Source of the DNA: an uncultured bacterium
GTDB lineage: Bacteria; Patescibacteriota; Minisyncoccia; UBA6257; 2-01-FULL-56-20
Length of the DNA stretch: 64,000 bases
NCBI GenBank assembly: GCA_963719425.1
Contig: OY970382.1
Coordinates: 71,888 to 135,887, forward strand
Direction of reading: 5' to 3'
The notes beneath the pieces were generated by a model. That model was not told the DNA's origin. It worked only from the letters and a program-made list of their open reading frames with translations, and ran no database searches. A program made the position numbers and the translations under genes. The stretch's first letter is position 1, and the number at the start of each line of letters is the position of its first letter. Positions 27,306 to 36,427 of this stretch are shown piece after piece.

Positions 27306-28619
27306 TTATGATGGAAAGTCAAATTGTGTGAGTTTGCTCGCAGAATCTATGAGATAGAAAATATTTTCCTGCGATTTGTAAAGGGGAGAGGTCCCTTTTG
27401 CGACGGCGACAAAGTTGCGGAGGCCAAGGTCGTCAAGGTCTAGGAAAGAAACGGAATCGGGATACACGACGAAAAGATGATTCATATCCTTATACCAGAT
27501 CGTGCGGGTGGCGTCCTTTACGTCGGGGAGGTTGAACCGATGGTAGGTTTGCGCATCTGTGAGCGGGAGCACTTCCAAGCTCCTCTCTTCCAAAGCCGCG
27601 ATCGCCGAACCGTCGTCTGCGACCGAAAATGTTTTCACGGAGTCCGCTAATTTTTGGAACGTCGCGGCGTTACTGTCGTAAAGGTAGAGTGCACCGTCAT
27701 TTTGAAGGACGGCGAGAAGGCTTGGGGTTGCCCACGCGAGTGCGAGGGTCTTTCCGGGAACGGTCAATGCACTTTTCGTCATCGTTTTTGTGAATTTGTC
27801 GTAGAGAACGACGCTCGTCACGTCGGAAGCGTTTCTGAATCTTGTCCAGGCGATGAAGGAGGGGGAAGGCGCCGGCGATGCGGTTCCCAAGACGGCACCG
27901 GAGGGCACCTGCTCGATCATGGATGATGACGCGAGCGCCGCGTCAAAGATCCATATCCGGCGGTCGCCTGCGGCAATTACCTTGGTTGCGTCGGACGGAT
28001 CAATCGCGATGCTTGTGATCGCGCCCGTGAAGAATGCCGAAAGATTGGTGGAGGTACCATTGTCAAAATCATAGAGGAGGTACGCGCCAGTCCTTGTGCT
28101 TTTGAAAATAATATTTTTGAAATTTTCGCTTTCGCTCGCGAGTTCTCCATGGCCGATCGTATTGCCGCGCCAGACGATGGTGTCGCTCGCCGTCTCTGAA
28201 ATAAGTTCCCCCGTCGCGACAAAAAAATTTTTGAGGGAGGTCACCGAAGTGGTTGCGGGCGCATCAGGAACGAGGACCGCATACTTGAGTGCGGCGACGA
28301 GCGAAGGAAGCACTTCGGCATCCTCGTGCCAGTCAAGATAGCCGCCCTCTTTGAGTGTTAAGGAATAGTTGCGCGGGAAGAGTTCGGGAATGAACGTGCC
28401 GCGGGAAAGAAATCCCGACTGGTTCGGGACCGGCTCGCCGTTCAAAAAAATGCTGGCATCTCGCGGAAAGGATTGCACGTAGATCGCACCGACTTTTTCC
28501 GCGCGCCACAGCGCGAAATCAAATCGCCATCCTTGGGCGTAGAGCACGACGCCCACACCGAGGATAATAAAGAGCGCCACCAGGGCGTAAAATATGATTC
28601 TTCGCGTCTTTTTCGTCAT
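27306..28619 (-). CDS. Membrane-anchored hypothetical protein with PEGA-like domain
   Basis: N-terminal TM IIFYALVALFIILGVGVVLY. DASIFLNGEPVPNQSGF...YSLTLKEGGYLDWHE resembles PEGA. Confidence 0.5.
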   Translation of the reverse strand: MTKKTRRIIFYALVALFIILGVGVVLYAQGWRFDFALWRAEKVGAIYVQSFPRDASIFLNGEPVPNQSGFLSRGTFIPELFPRNYSLTLKEGGYLDWHEDAEVLPSLVAALKYAVLVPDAPATTSVTSLKNFFVATGELISETASDTIVWRGNTIGHGELASESENFKNIIFKSTRTGAYLLYDFDNGTSTNLSAFFTGAITSIAIDPSDATKVIAAGDRRIWIFDAALASSSMIEQVPSGAVLGTASPAPSPSFIAWTRFRNASDVTSVVLYDKFTKTMTKSALTVPGKTLALAWATPSLLAVLQNDGALYLYDSNAATFQKLADSVKTFSVADDGSAIAALEERSLEVLPLTDAQTYHRFNLPDVKDATRTIWYKDMNHLFVVYPDSVSFLDLDDLGLRNFVAVAKGTSPLYKSQENIFYLIDSASKLTQFDFPS

Positions 28620-28867
28620 TAGGGAGGGTTGTCAATAGATTGTAGAGGAGAGCAACCTGCGCCGTCCAGGTGCGTTTGTGCACCAAACTGTAGTCGGATG
28701 GGGTATAATGATAGTGTCCCGCCCCAGATCTCGGATCAAATAATTATAAAAAGGGAGGGCGAATCACTGCGGTCCGTGGACCACAGTTGAGCCCACCCAC
28801 TTGGCGTGAAGCCAGAGATCAGGCGGGATAAGCAAGAAGCCGGCACAATGCCGGCCTTTTGCTATCC

Positions 28868-29037
28868 CGCTGGTAATTTTGTTGTTCAAACCCGCTTCGA
28901 CTCGGGCACTGCGTTCACTCGCTTACGAAAATTTGACACCCTCCGCAGCAAGCACGGGGGTCCTGTCAAATTTTCTGCTCACTCGCGCAGTGCTGTTTCC
29001 TCGCCTCCGCTAGGTTCTCACAACAAAATTACCAGCA
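28868..29037. ncRNA. Candidate structured RNA element: three nested perfect helices (17 bp, 8 bp, 12 bp) in an ORF-free spacer; identity unknown
   Basis: gctggtaattttgttgt (28870) pairs with acaacaaaattaccagc (29021). gcactgcg pairs with cgcagtgc. gaaaatttgaca pairs with tgtcaaattttc (28927/28965). Confidence 0.3.
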
Positions 29038-29052
29038 CGACAGCAAACGCCG

Positions 29053-29382
29053 TTATTGCGCGGCAAGCTGATTGATCTTGGCGGCGAGGATGAAGTCGTT
29101 TTCGGAGAGGCCGCCGATGGCGTGCGTCGTGAGTTCAAAGCGGACAAGGTTATAGAAGATGTAGATATCGGGGTGGTGCCCTTCGGATTCCGCGAGGGCT
29201 GCCACCTTGTTGATGAACGCCATCGCTTCTTTGAAATCTTTAAATTTGAATTCCCTCGTTATCTTTTTGCCGTCGGGCGAGGTCCAGCCGGGCGCGTACT
29301 TCAAATAGTTCGGCACGCGCTCGGGGTCAAGGGGCGGCATGCCGCCTTCGCACGGGATGCAATGTTTTTTAGTGAGATCCAT
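29053..29382 (-). CDS. phhB: Pterin-4a-carbinolamine dehydratase (PCD/DCoH)
   Basis: ...EFKFKDFKEAMAFINKVAALAESEGHHPDIYIFYNLVRFELTTHAIGGLSENDFILAAKIN. Confidence 0.8.
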   Translation of the reverse strand: MDLTKKHCIPCEGGMPPLDPERVPNYLKYAPGWTSPDGKKITREFKFKDFKEAMAFINKVAALAESEGHHPDIYIFYNLVRFELTTHAIGGLSENDFILAAKINQLAAQ

Positions 29383-29496
29383 GGTTATATTAATACAATA
29401 TTTAAGTTGTAAATCAAATTTCTTGGTTTAGGGGAGTTGAACCCCTCGGATTCTGAATGTCGAATCAGTCCCGGAGTCCGCGTTCGGATTCGCAAA

Positions 29497-29530
29497 AGAC
29501 CCGAGTGATCGGGCCTTTTGTTTTTGTGGA
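29497..29530 (-). terminator. Intrinsic terminator downstream of the VIT-family gene (minus strand), with T-tract also on plus strand
   Basis: Minus strand ggCCCGAtcacTCGGGtctttt. Plus strand gacccgagtgatcgggccttttgttttt. Confidence 0.45.
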
Positions 29531-29570
29531 GTGCGGGAAGGACGCCACAGAAGGTGGGTACTTATCTTAT

Positions 29571-30458
29571 TTAAAAACTCTGCGAGCCGACGTGGAACGC
29601 GGCGCCGACGGCTTTGCCCAAAAGATAGGTCGCGAGCGCGGTGCCGAGCATGAGCGAAGCCGATTCGGCGAATTCGCGTGAGAACTTTCGGTCAAAAATG
29701 ACCGCGCCATAGAAAGTAAACGCGGCGAGGAGGATGATGCCGATCGCGGCGGAGGTGATGAACGCGGTGAGCATCGTTCGGATGAGAAAGTAGGGGAGCG
29801 CGAGGCAGATCACGGAGACCATGTACGAGATGCCGGTAATGAATGCGGAGAGGATCGGCGATTTGTCCGGGTCCTGCTTCGCTTGGAGGTATGCCGCCGA
29901 GCCCATGGAGATCGCTGCGGCGAAGCCCACGATGACGCCCGAGATACCGGCGATGAGCGTGGAGCCCGTGACGCCGAGGAAGCCCGCGTGCACGCCCGTG
30001 ATCTCTACGATCGCGTCGGCGAGTCCCAGGGCCACAAACCCAACGTACGCGACGCGCTTTTCTCTCAACTGTCCGATGAACGACTGTTCGTGCGATTGTT
30101 CGTCTTCAATAATTTTCTGCAAACGCTCTTTGTGCGGAGCGGGGAGGGCCGGGAGCATCGCTCGGTACGTCGCGGTTGAATTTTTTTCGTGCGATTCCAT
30201 CCACTTTGCCGTAAAGGTGACGCCGAAGACGCTTGCAAGAAGCGGCGTGGCCCAGCGGCCGAACCAATGTGGCTTCGGATCAATGCCCGGCAGAAGCGTT
30301 TTCCAGAATTCGTAATGTGTTTTTTCGTGCGCGGAAAGTTTTTGGAGCAGCGCTTTGTTTTCCGGCTTTTTCTCGCGTCGCGCAAGCGCATGATACACGT
30401 AATGTTCCGTGATCTCATTCCGCGCGTGGGAGAGGTATCGTTCTTCGTTGTTGTTCAT
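29571..30458 (-). CDS. VIT1/CCC1-family membrane protein with N-terminal ferritin-like (erythrin) domain
   Basis: MNNNEERYLSHARNEITEHYVYHALARREKKPENKALLQKLSAHEKTHYEFW plus C-terminal TM bundle GVHAGFLGVTGSTLIAGISGVIVGFAAAISM. The ORF track's longer ORF would overlap the tRNA, so the start was set at the ATG at 30458. Confidence 0.7.
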   Translation of the reverse strand: MNNNEERYLSHARNEITEHYVYHALARREKKPENKALLQKLSAHEKTHYEFWKTLLPGIDPKPHWFGRWATPLLASVFGVTFTAKWMESHEKNSTATYRAMLPALPAPHKERLQKIIEDEQSHEQSFIGQLREKRVAYVGFVALGLADAIVEITGVHAGFLGVTGSTLIAGISGVIVGFAAAISMGSAAYLQAKQDPDKSPILSAFITGISYMVSVICLALPYFLIRTMLTAFITSAAIGIILLAAFTFYGAVIFDRKFSREFAESASLMLGTALATYLLGKAVGAAFHVGSQSF

Positions 30459-30461
30459 TGT

Positions 30462-30531
30462 CGGGCCGCCGGGAATCGAACCCGGACATCGAGACCCCCA
30501 GCCTCGCGTACTACCACTATACGACGGCCCG
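30462..30531 (-). tRNA. tRNA-Pro (anticodon GGG)
   Basis: Minus-strand CGGGCCGTCGTATAGTGGTAGTACGCGAGGCTGGGGGTCTCGATGTCCGGGTTCGATTCCCGGCGGCCCG. 7-bp acceptor with C1-G72 (a tRNA-Pro hallmark). D-loop AGTGGTA. Anticodon loop CTGGGGG. T-loop TTCGATT. CCA not encoded. Confidence 0.8.
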
Positions 30532-30570
30532 TTTAATACTTTTTTAACCTCTCTATGATACGATTTTGCC

Positions 30571-31365
30571 ATGAAGAAAACAAGGTTTCGGAATGGTATC
30601 CGACATTCTGCAGTAGTCCGAGAGCGCGCAAGGCAACTACGGCACGATGGGGCAGCGCACCGAGAGATTGCAAAAGAATTAGGAACAAGCGTAAGTACGG
30701 CACATTTGTGGACCAAAGATATTACATTATCGGCGGAACAAAGAGTGGCGATTCTTGCCCGTGCAGCGCGTCATGCATTCTCGATTGAGCGCCGGAAAAA
30801 ATTGAGCGAGGCCGCTAAAATTCGTTTGGCGAAATATCGTGAACGATATACCAAAGCAGACCTCTTAAATAAAATCACAGACTTCTATCGGCGTTATGGC
30901 CGGATTCCGTTAAAACGCGAGTTTAATATGTACGATACCTACCGTCGACATTTCGGGAGTTGGAATAGCGCTATCCGTGCGGCGGGATTCAATACGAATC
31001 CACAAATTTTTTCATATAAATTCTTCGCTCGCGACGGCCACCGTTGTGATTCATTCACGGAAAGAATAATTGACGATTGGCTTTCGGAACGGAATATTTC
31101 TCATGAGAGAAATTGGAAATATCTTGGCACCAAAATGACGGCAGATTTCTTTGTACAGCCGGGGATCGTCATTGAATTTTTTGGGCTCGCCGGAGTTCAG
31201 AAAAGATATAACGAGCTTATTGAGGCGAAACGGGGATTTTGCGCTGGCCGCGGATTAGTGCTCATTGGATTATATCCATATGATGTATTTCCTGAAGACC
31301 ATTTAAATATAAAATTGGGTTTTCTCCAAGTGATAGTTGCAACAAAAACCGTTTTCTTGGTATAA
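30571..31365 (+). CDS. HTH DNA-binding domain plus DUF559/Vsr-like (PD-(D/E)xK) endonuclease-domain protein; mobile-element-associated
   Basis: N-terminal HTH HREIAKELGTSVSTAHLW. Homing-endonuclease-associated-like FGSWNSAIRAAGF. C-terminal ERIIDDWLSERNISHERNWKYLGTKMTADFFVQPGIVIEFFG fits DUF559. AT-rich, adjacent to tRNA-Pro. Confidence 0.55.
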   Translation: MKKTRFRNGIRHSAVVRERARQLRHDGAAHREIAKELGTSVSTAHLWTKDITLSAEQRVAILARAARHAFSIERRKKLSEAAKIRLAKYRERYTKADLLNKITDFYRRYGRIPLKREFNMYDTYRRHFGSWNSAIRAAGFNTNPQIFSYKFFARDGHRCDSFTERIIDDWLSERNISHERNWKYLGTKMTADFFVQPGIVIEFFGLAGVQKRYNELIEAKRGFCAGRGLVLIGLYPYDVFPEDHLNIKLGFLQVIVATKTVFLV

Positions 31366-31372
31366 TGCCTAT

Positions 31373-31732
31373 ATGAACCGCGAGATGCCGCAGCCAAGAA
31401 AAAATGGATCCGAACTCCCACCAGGGATAAGGCCTCCGTCGGAAGTGAGCTCTGGCCCATTAAGGAGCCCCCTAAATAAGGTGTTACAGAAGGAAACAAA
31501 AATTCCGGAAGGAAAAGAATGGGTGAAGGGCTTGATTGATGAAATCCCGGTCGCTTATCTTCCAATAGTCACCGACTTCTTGAGGAGGGTTCCTCCTAAT
31601 AAAGCTGAAGAAGCGGCACGAAAACTTTTTGACGTCATTACGGAGATGACCAACGGCGTGCTTCGGTCGCCCAATCCCAAAGAAACACTTCAAGAGTGCA
31701 TCAGAGAAGCGGAGAAACGCATAGGAAACTAA
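31373..31732 (+). CDS. Hypothetical small protein
   Basis: ORF 31337..31732 with internal start MNREMPQ. No recognisable motifs. Confidence 0.35.
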   Translation: MNREMPQPRKNGSELPPGIRPPSEVSSGPLRSPLNKVLQKETKIPEGKEWVKGLIDEIPVAYLPIVTDFLRRVPPNKAEEAARKLFDVITEMTNGVLRSPNPKETLQECIREAEKRIGN

Positions 31733-31941
31733 GCACCCTTTGCGGCTGCTTCATTCGTTGCCTTGCCCTTGCTCTGCGTCTTCAGGCAGTTTGTGCAGAT
31801 GAGCTCCCGCACGCCATTCACTTTAGCGTATTGCAGGTTGGGATACTTGCGGCTCCAGTTCACAGGGTTATAGTGGCCGCGCAACAGGCGGTGCGCGCCG
31901 CCCATTTGCGATCCCTTATGGCAGATGGCACATTGTCTCAT
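31729..31941 (-). CDS. rpmB: 50S ribosomal protein L28-like (zinc-ribbon)
   Basis: MRQCAICHKGSQMGGAHRLLRGHYNPVNWSRKYPNLQYAKVNGVRELICTNCLK matches the bL28 pattern C.ICGK....G...SH...R.W.PNLQ...V.G....VC..CLK. Confidence 0.6.
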   Translation of the reverse strand: MRQCAICHKGSQMGGAHRLLRGHYNPVNWSRKYPNLQYAKVNGVRELICTNCLKTQSKGKATNEAAAKGA

Positions 31942-32044
31942 GGCAATTATGATATGCGAAAATGGAACTTTTTGCAACGCCGTATTGTCACTTGTTGGAC
32001 ACCGCACGGGCGCGGCGCAGGGAACCGGTCGGCGGCATCGCGCG

Positions 32045-32530
32045 CTACTCCGCTTTCACATTCAGCTTCTTTGATTTCCTTTTGTTCGCTTTCGGCAGAT
32101 GCACCGTGAGGATGCCGTTCTTGAAATTTACGCTCGCGCCCTCCGGGTCAACTTCCTGGGGAAGGATGATGGAGCGTGCAAACCGGCCCCAGTAGCATTC
32201 CTGATACAAATAATCCTCGCTCTCGGCGCTCCGCGTGCGCTCCCGCGAGCCGCGGATCACGAGAGAATCGGGCGTCGCGTTCACGTCGATGTCCTCCGGC
32301 TTTACGCCCGCGATCGCGGACTCCACGACAATCTCCGAAGGCGTCTGGTACACGTCCACGGTGAGTTGCCCCTCCGGTTCGTTCGCGGGCTCCAGCTTCG
32401 GCCGCGCCGCCTTCGGCCGCGCGGCAAGCGCGCTTGCGTCGGCTTTTGCGAGCTCAACCTCGTAGTGCGTGTCGGCGTTTGACTTCGCTCCTGCCAATGA
32501 TTCAAAAAATTTTTCGTCTTGTGTGTCCAT
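32045..32530 (-). CDS. Hsp20/alpha-crystallin family small heat-shock protein
   Basis: LTVDVYQTPSEIVVESAIAGVKPEDIDVNATPDSLVIRGSRE...ASVNFKNGILTVHLPK. Confidence 0.8.
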   Translation of the reverse strand: MDTQDEKFFESLAGAKSNADTHYEVELAKADASALAARPKAARPKLEPANEPEGQLTVDVYQTPSEIVVESAIAGVKPEDIDVNATPDSLVIRGSRERTRSAESEDYLYQECYWGRFARSIILPQEVDPEGASVNFKNGILTVHLPKANKRKSKKLNVKAE

Positions 32531-32532
32531 GG

Positions 32533-33222
32533 TTATGCGGGCGATACCTTCAGTTTCTCAAAGTCGTTCAACACGAAGAAGCCGACGATGAGAAGAAATA
32601 CAACTACATACGTGATATCCCCATAATCCAGTATAAGATGGTTGAAAAATGTGTGCAAGGCGGTGGCGATCACAAGGCCAAACGCAAGGTTCCACCCCAC
32701 CTTCTTCCGTGCAACGCCGAGCGCCCAGTGGTATCCTACGATGCCCGAGGTGAGCGAGTGGAGCAGGGTGGCGCCCACGAACCGGAGTGAGGCGGTTGCG
32801 AAGAACGCGCCGACCATCGCCGTTTGGGAGGCCACGAGAGAGATGTTGGAAACCGCGCCGATATTCTCCAACGTCGCGAACCCCATCGCAGCGACGATCA
32901 TATAGAGCATCCGCTCCACCGGTTCATCTAAGAGCGGGCTTTTGCCGACAGCAAAGTATGCGGCGCCGAATTTCAGCACTTCCTCAATGAGCGCGAGTCC
33001 TGCGAGTGAGATAAGGGAAAGTTCTTGAATGTCCCATTGGCTCTCCGCATGGCTGAACATCTGTTCCACGACAATCGTAAAGAATCCGAATGCAACGCCC
33101 ACGAAAAATGTGAGCACGATCAGGCGCTTCGGCTCGGGGTGCGGTTCTTCGGTGAAATAGAAAATGAGCCACGCGAATCCGGGCAGGAGTCCGAACACGA
33201 GCGTGGCAACAAGGAAGGGCAT
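32533..33222 (-). CDS. PrsW-family intramembrane metalloprotease
   Basis: Multi-TM. EEVLKFGAAYF (EExxK) and FATLEN motifs. Confidence 0.65.
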   Translation of the reverse strand: MPFLVATLVFGLLPGFAWLIFYFTEEPHPEPKRLIVLTFFVGVAFGFFTIVVEQMFSHAESQWDIQELSLISLAGLALIEEVLKFGAAYFAVGKSPLLDEPVERMLYMIVAAMGFATLENIGAVSNISLVASQTAMVGAFFATASLRFVGATLLHSLTSGIVGYHWALGVARKKVGWNLAFGLVIATALHTFFNHLILDYGDITYVVVFLLIVGFFVLNDFEKLKVSPA

Positions 33223-33232
33223 CGTTTTTATT

Positions 33233-35827
33233 TTACCACCTCGCTACCATGAGCATTTTCCCCGGCCGGAAAATATCGTATATCTCTTCCGTGAGGAATG
33301 GCATGAACGGATGGAGCATGGTAAGCGACCCCAAAAGCAGGCGCTCAAGGAGGGCGTAGCTTTCCGCTTTTTCTGCCGCGGCACCGCCGTGAAGTTTGTT
33401 CTTCTCCGCTTCCACAATCTTGTCCGCAAGCGTGTGCCAGACGTAGTGATAAAGCTTTTCGGCGGCGAGATGGAAATCAAAATCTTCAAGGTGCGCCGTC
33501 ACTTCTTTTTTGAGCGCGGCGAACTCCTTTATTTCTTTGCGTTTCGCGAGCGCGGGCGCATCCGCACGCGCGGCAGCGGTCGTGGTGTCAGCGGCGTCCG
33601 TTTCCACGGGCTTGTTCATATAAATGAACCGCGCGATGTTCCACAGCTTTGTGGAAAAATTGCGATAGCCCTTCACTTTTTGCTCGTCAAACGTAACATC
33701 GTTGCCCGACGACGCGCCCGCGATGAGCGCCATGCGCAGGGCGTCCGCGCCGTACTTGTCGGCGAGCTCCAGGGGATCCGCGCCGTTGCCGAGCGATTTG
33801 CTGAACTTGCGGCGTTCTTTGTCGCGCACGATGCCGTGGAGATAGACCGTCCGGAAGGGGATTTGTCCAAGGAGTGATCCACTCATCAAAATCATCCGCG
33901 CGACCCACAGGAAGAGAATCTCGTAGCCGGGCCCCATAAAAGAGGTGGGGTGGAATGTTTTCAAATCGTCTGTCTCCTCCGGCCAGCCGAGCGTGCTGAA
34001 GGTCCACATCGCGGAAGAGAACCACGTGTCAAAGGTGTCCTCATCCTGCACGAGTTTGGTGCCACCGCACACCGGACATTTTTTGGGTGGGTTGTCGCTC
34101 ACGAAAATATTTCCGCATCCCTCTTCTGCGTCTTTTTTTGAGAATGGATGGAACTCGTATGCGTAAAGATACGCCGCCGATTTGGGTGTGACCGTTTTTC
34201 CGGGATTCCTCAGCTTGAGGGCCGCCATCAACTCATTGAGGTTCTCATACGTTTTGTAATGGGCCTCGTCGCGATAATTAATTTTTTCCACCGTTGTTTT
34301 CTCCACTTCGGTTATGATACCGTAGCCGAATAACGTCTTCGTTTGCGAATTTTCAAAAAGAACTTTGTCCCCTGTCTTAAAGCCGTAATCCTTCAACCTA
34401 TACGTCTTTGTCTTTCCACCCGGTACTTGCGATACCACCTTTTGGTGCCATCCCATTTTCGGCTGGTCCGCCCTCGCCGCGCCGCCGCAGTACCATGCGG
34501 GAATGCGGTGCCCGAACCACAATTGCCGTGAAACGCACCAGTCACGGAGATTGTCTATCCAATGGAAATAGATTTTTTTGAAACGATCGGGGAGAATTGC
34601 GATCTCGCCGCTCGCGACGACGTGCCGCATGATCTCTTTAAGCGTCGTTGTGGCGCCGCTTTTTATTCCCGTGAGTTCCGAGTGGGGGAGCTTGAACGGT
34701 TTATTCGCCGCCACAAACCATTGCTTTAGGATCTGGGGTTCAATGATGCCGCCGCCGCGGCTGTTCGTCGCCACGCGGTGAACGTAGTGCTCATCCACTT
34801 TCGTGAAAAGCCCCTTCTGCTTCAATTTTTCCACGATGAGTGGCCGTGCTTTCTTGATGTGCATGCCGGCGAACTCGCCCGCGATGGGGAGCAGTTTCCC
34901 ATGGAGATCAATGATCTGCTCCCTGTCCAGTCCGTGCCGCTCGGCAATATCGAAGTCCACCGCGTCGTGCCACGGCGTGATCGTCATCACGCCCGTGCCG
35001 AACGCCGTGTCTATAGAGGGGTCCTTCACGACCGTCGCCGTGACTGGACCGTTAATCCATTCCAGTTCTAGCTTCGCTCCGTGCTGGTACTTCGCGTAGC
35101 GCTTGTCGTCCGGATGCATCACTACATACTTGTCGCCGAACTTTGTTTCCGGCCGGGCCGTCGCGATCGTGAAGGGGCCGTATTTGAGGTAGTAGAAGGG
35201 CTCGGTCTTTTCCACCCATTCCACCTCGTCGTCGGAAACGGTCGTCTGGAGTTCCGGGTCCCAGTTCACGATGCGCCCGCCGCGGTATACGAGCCCGCAA
35301 TCATACAATCTCTTGAATGCGGTGCGCACGGCAAGGTTCCTTGTTTCGTCCAGGGTGTAGGCCTCGCGGCTCCAGTCAAGCGATGCTCCCAGCCGCTTCA
35401 CCTGGCGAACGATCGTATCGTGAGAGGACTTGGCGAACGCATCAACCCGCTTCAGGAATTCCTCGCGCCCGAGGTCATGCCGCGTCTTCCCCTCTTTCTT
35501 ATAGATTTCCTTTTCCACCTTCGCCTGCGTCGCGATCGCGGCATGGTCGGTCCCCGGGATCCAGAGCGTCCGCTTCCCCTTCATCCGTTCGTAACGGATG
35601 ACGATGTCCTGGATCGCGTCCTCAAATGCGTGGCCGATGTGCAACGTCCCCGTCACGTTCGGTGGCGGCAGGACCACGCAAAACGGCTCCGCGTCCGGCT
35701 TTGTCACTCCCTTCGCAACGCAAACATCCGGATTGAAATATCCGGATTTTTCCCAACGCGCGTAAATTTTTGACTCAACCTCTTTTATGTCGTAGCGCGA
35801 TTCCATGGGGCTCAATAATCCCATCAT
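33233..35827 (-). CDS. valS: Valine--tRNA ligase
   Basis: PPPNVTGTLHIGHAFEDAIQDIVIRYERMKG (HIGH). KFSKSLGN (KMSKS). CP1 and anticodon-binding domains present. Start set at the MMGLLSPMESRYDIKEV ATG (35827); the upstream in-frame extension in the ORF track is noncoding. Confidence 0.9.
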   Translation of the reverse strand: MMGLLSPMESRYDIKEVESKIYARWEKSGYFNPDVCVAKGVTKPDAEPFCVVLPPPNVTGTLHIGHAFEDAIQDIVIRYERMKGKRTLWIPGTDHAAIATQAKVEKEIYKKEGKTRHDLGREEFLKRVDAFAKSSHDTIVRQVKRLGASLDWSREAYTLDETRNLAVRTAFKRLYDCGLVYRGGRIVNWDPELQTTVSDDEVEWVEKTEPFYYLKYGPFTIATARPETKFGDKYVVMHPDDKRYAKYQHGAKLELEWINGPVTATVVKDPSIDTAFGTGVMTITPWHDAVDFDIAERHGLDREQIIDLHGKLLPIAGEFAGMHIKKARPLIVEKLKQKGLFTKVDEHYVHRVATNSRGGGIIEPQILKQWFVAANKPFKLPHSELTGIKSGATTTLKEIMRHVVASGEIAILPDRFKKIYFHWIDNLRDWCVSRQLWFGHRIPAWYCGGAARADQPKMGWHQKVVSQVPGGKTKTYRLKDYGFKTGDKVLFENSQTKTLFGYGIITEVEKTTVEKINYRDEAHYKTYENLNELMAALKLRNPGKTVTPKSAAYLYAYEFHPFSKKDAEEGCGNIFVSDNPPKKCPVCGGTKLVQDEDTFDTWFSSAMWTFSTLGWPEETDDLKTFHPTSFMGPGYEILFLWVARMILMSGSLLGQIPFRTVYLHGIVRDKERRKFSKSLGNGADPLELADKYGADALRMALIAGASSGNDVTFDEQKVKGYRNFSTKLWNIARFIYMNKPVETDAADTTTAAARADAPALAKRKEIKEFAALKKEVTAHLEDFDFHLAAEKLYHYVWHTLADKIVEAEKNKLHGGAAAEKAESYALLERLLLGSLTMLHPFMPFLTEEIYDIFRPGKMLMVARW

Positions 35828-36427
35828 ACGCGATTTTCGCCCGCTTTTAAAGATATAAAAGTGAAGCCGCCCGGTCCTTTCTACGAAGAATCCGGGCGGA
35901 AGATGAATCTGACGGCGGTTACACAAACCGACACTAGTGCCACCGCCACGATGGCCTCGGTGCCAGCGCCCACACCGAGGGTATAGACCCACAGGCAAAG
36001 AACGCCGAGGCAGGAATTGCTTATGGAGCGTTCCATTCCTGCCTCGACGCGAATTCCTAAAACGAGTGCAGCGATTGCTGTCGCCGCCACCGCCCACAGG
36101 ACGGGATGCTGGTTCAATCAACAAAAGCAGCGCGATAATCGCAGCTATGCCCAGCATTCCTAATACCAAACCGAAGACTGAGCATAGGATGACTCTCGGC
36201 CATGTCATACGCCACCATCGCTTTAGCAGGTAGCGCAAGGCCCGCATGCGGCGCTGGACAGTCCGTTCCTTTTTAGGTAGTACTTGTTGGTGCATACCCA
36301 CCCCCCTTCCACTTATATGTGTATGACTTGATGCCCGCGCTGTCAACCTATTCGCCCGGTTTTTTCTACCGCATCGATTGCTTGTGGATAACGCAGATGT
36401 GCTATACTCAAACCTACAACCGAATAG

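Noticed and set aside
28845-29050. Possible tmRNA (GCCUCCGCU-like pseudoknot string, TTCGAC string)
   Set aside because: There is no 5' GGGG / 3' tRNA-like acceptor and T-arm. There is no plausible tag reading frame ending in ...AA-stop. Kept only as an unassigned structured region.
35828-36100. T-box leader upstream of valS (and of leuS at 59885-60050)
   Set aside because: I searched both strands for the T-box consensus (AANNNGGGTGGNACCGCG) and specifier-loop context. None was found.
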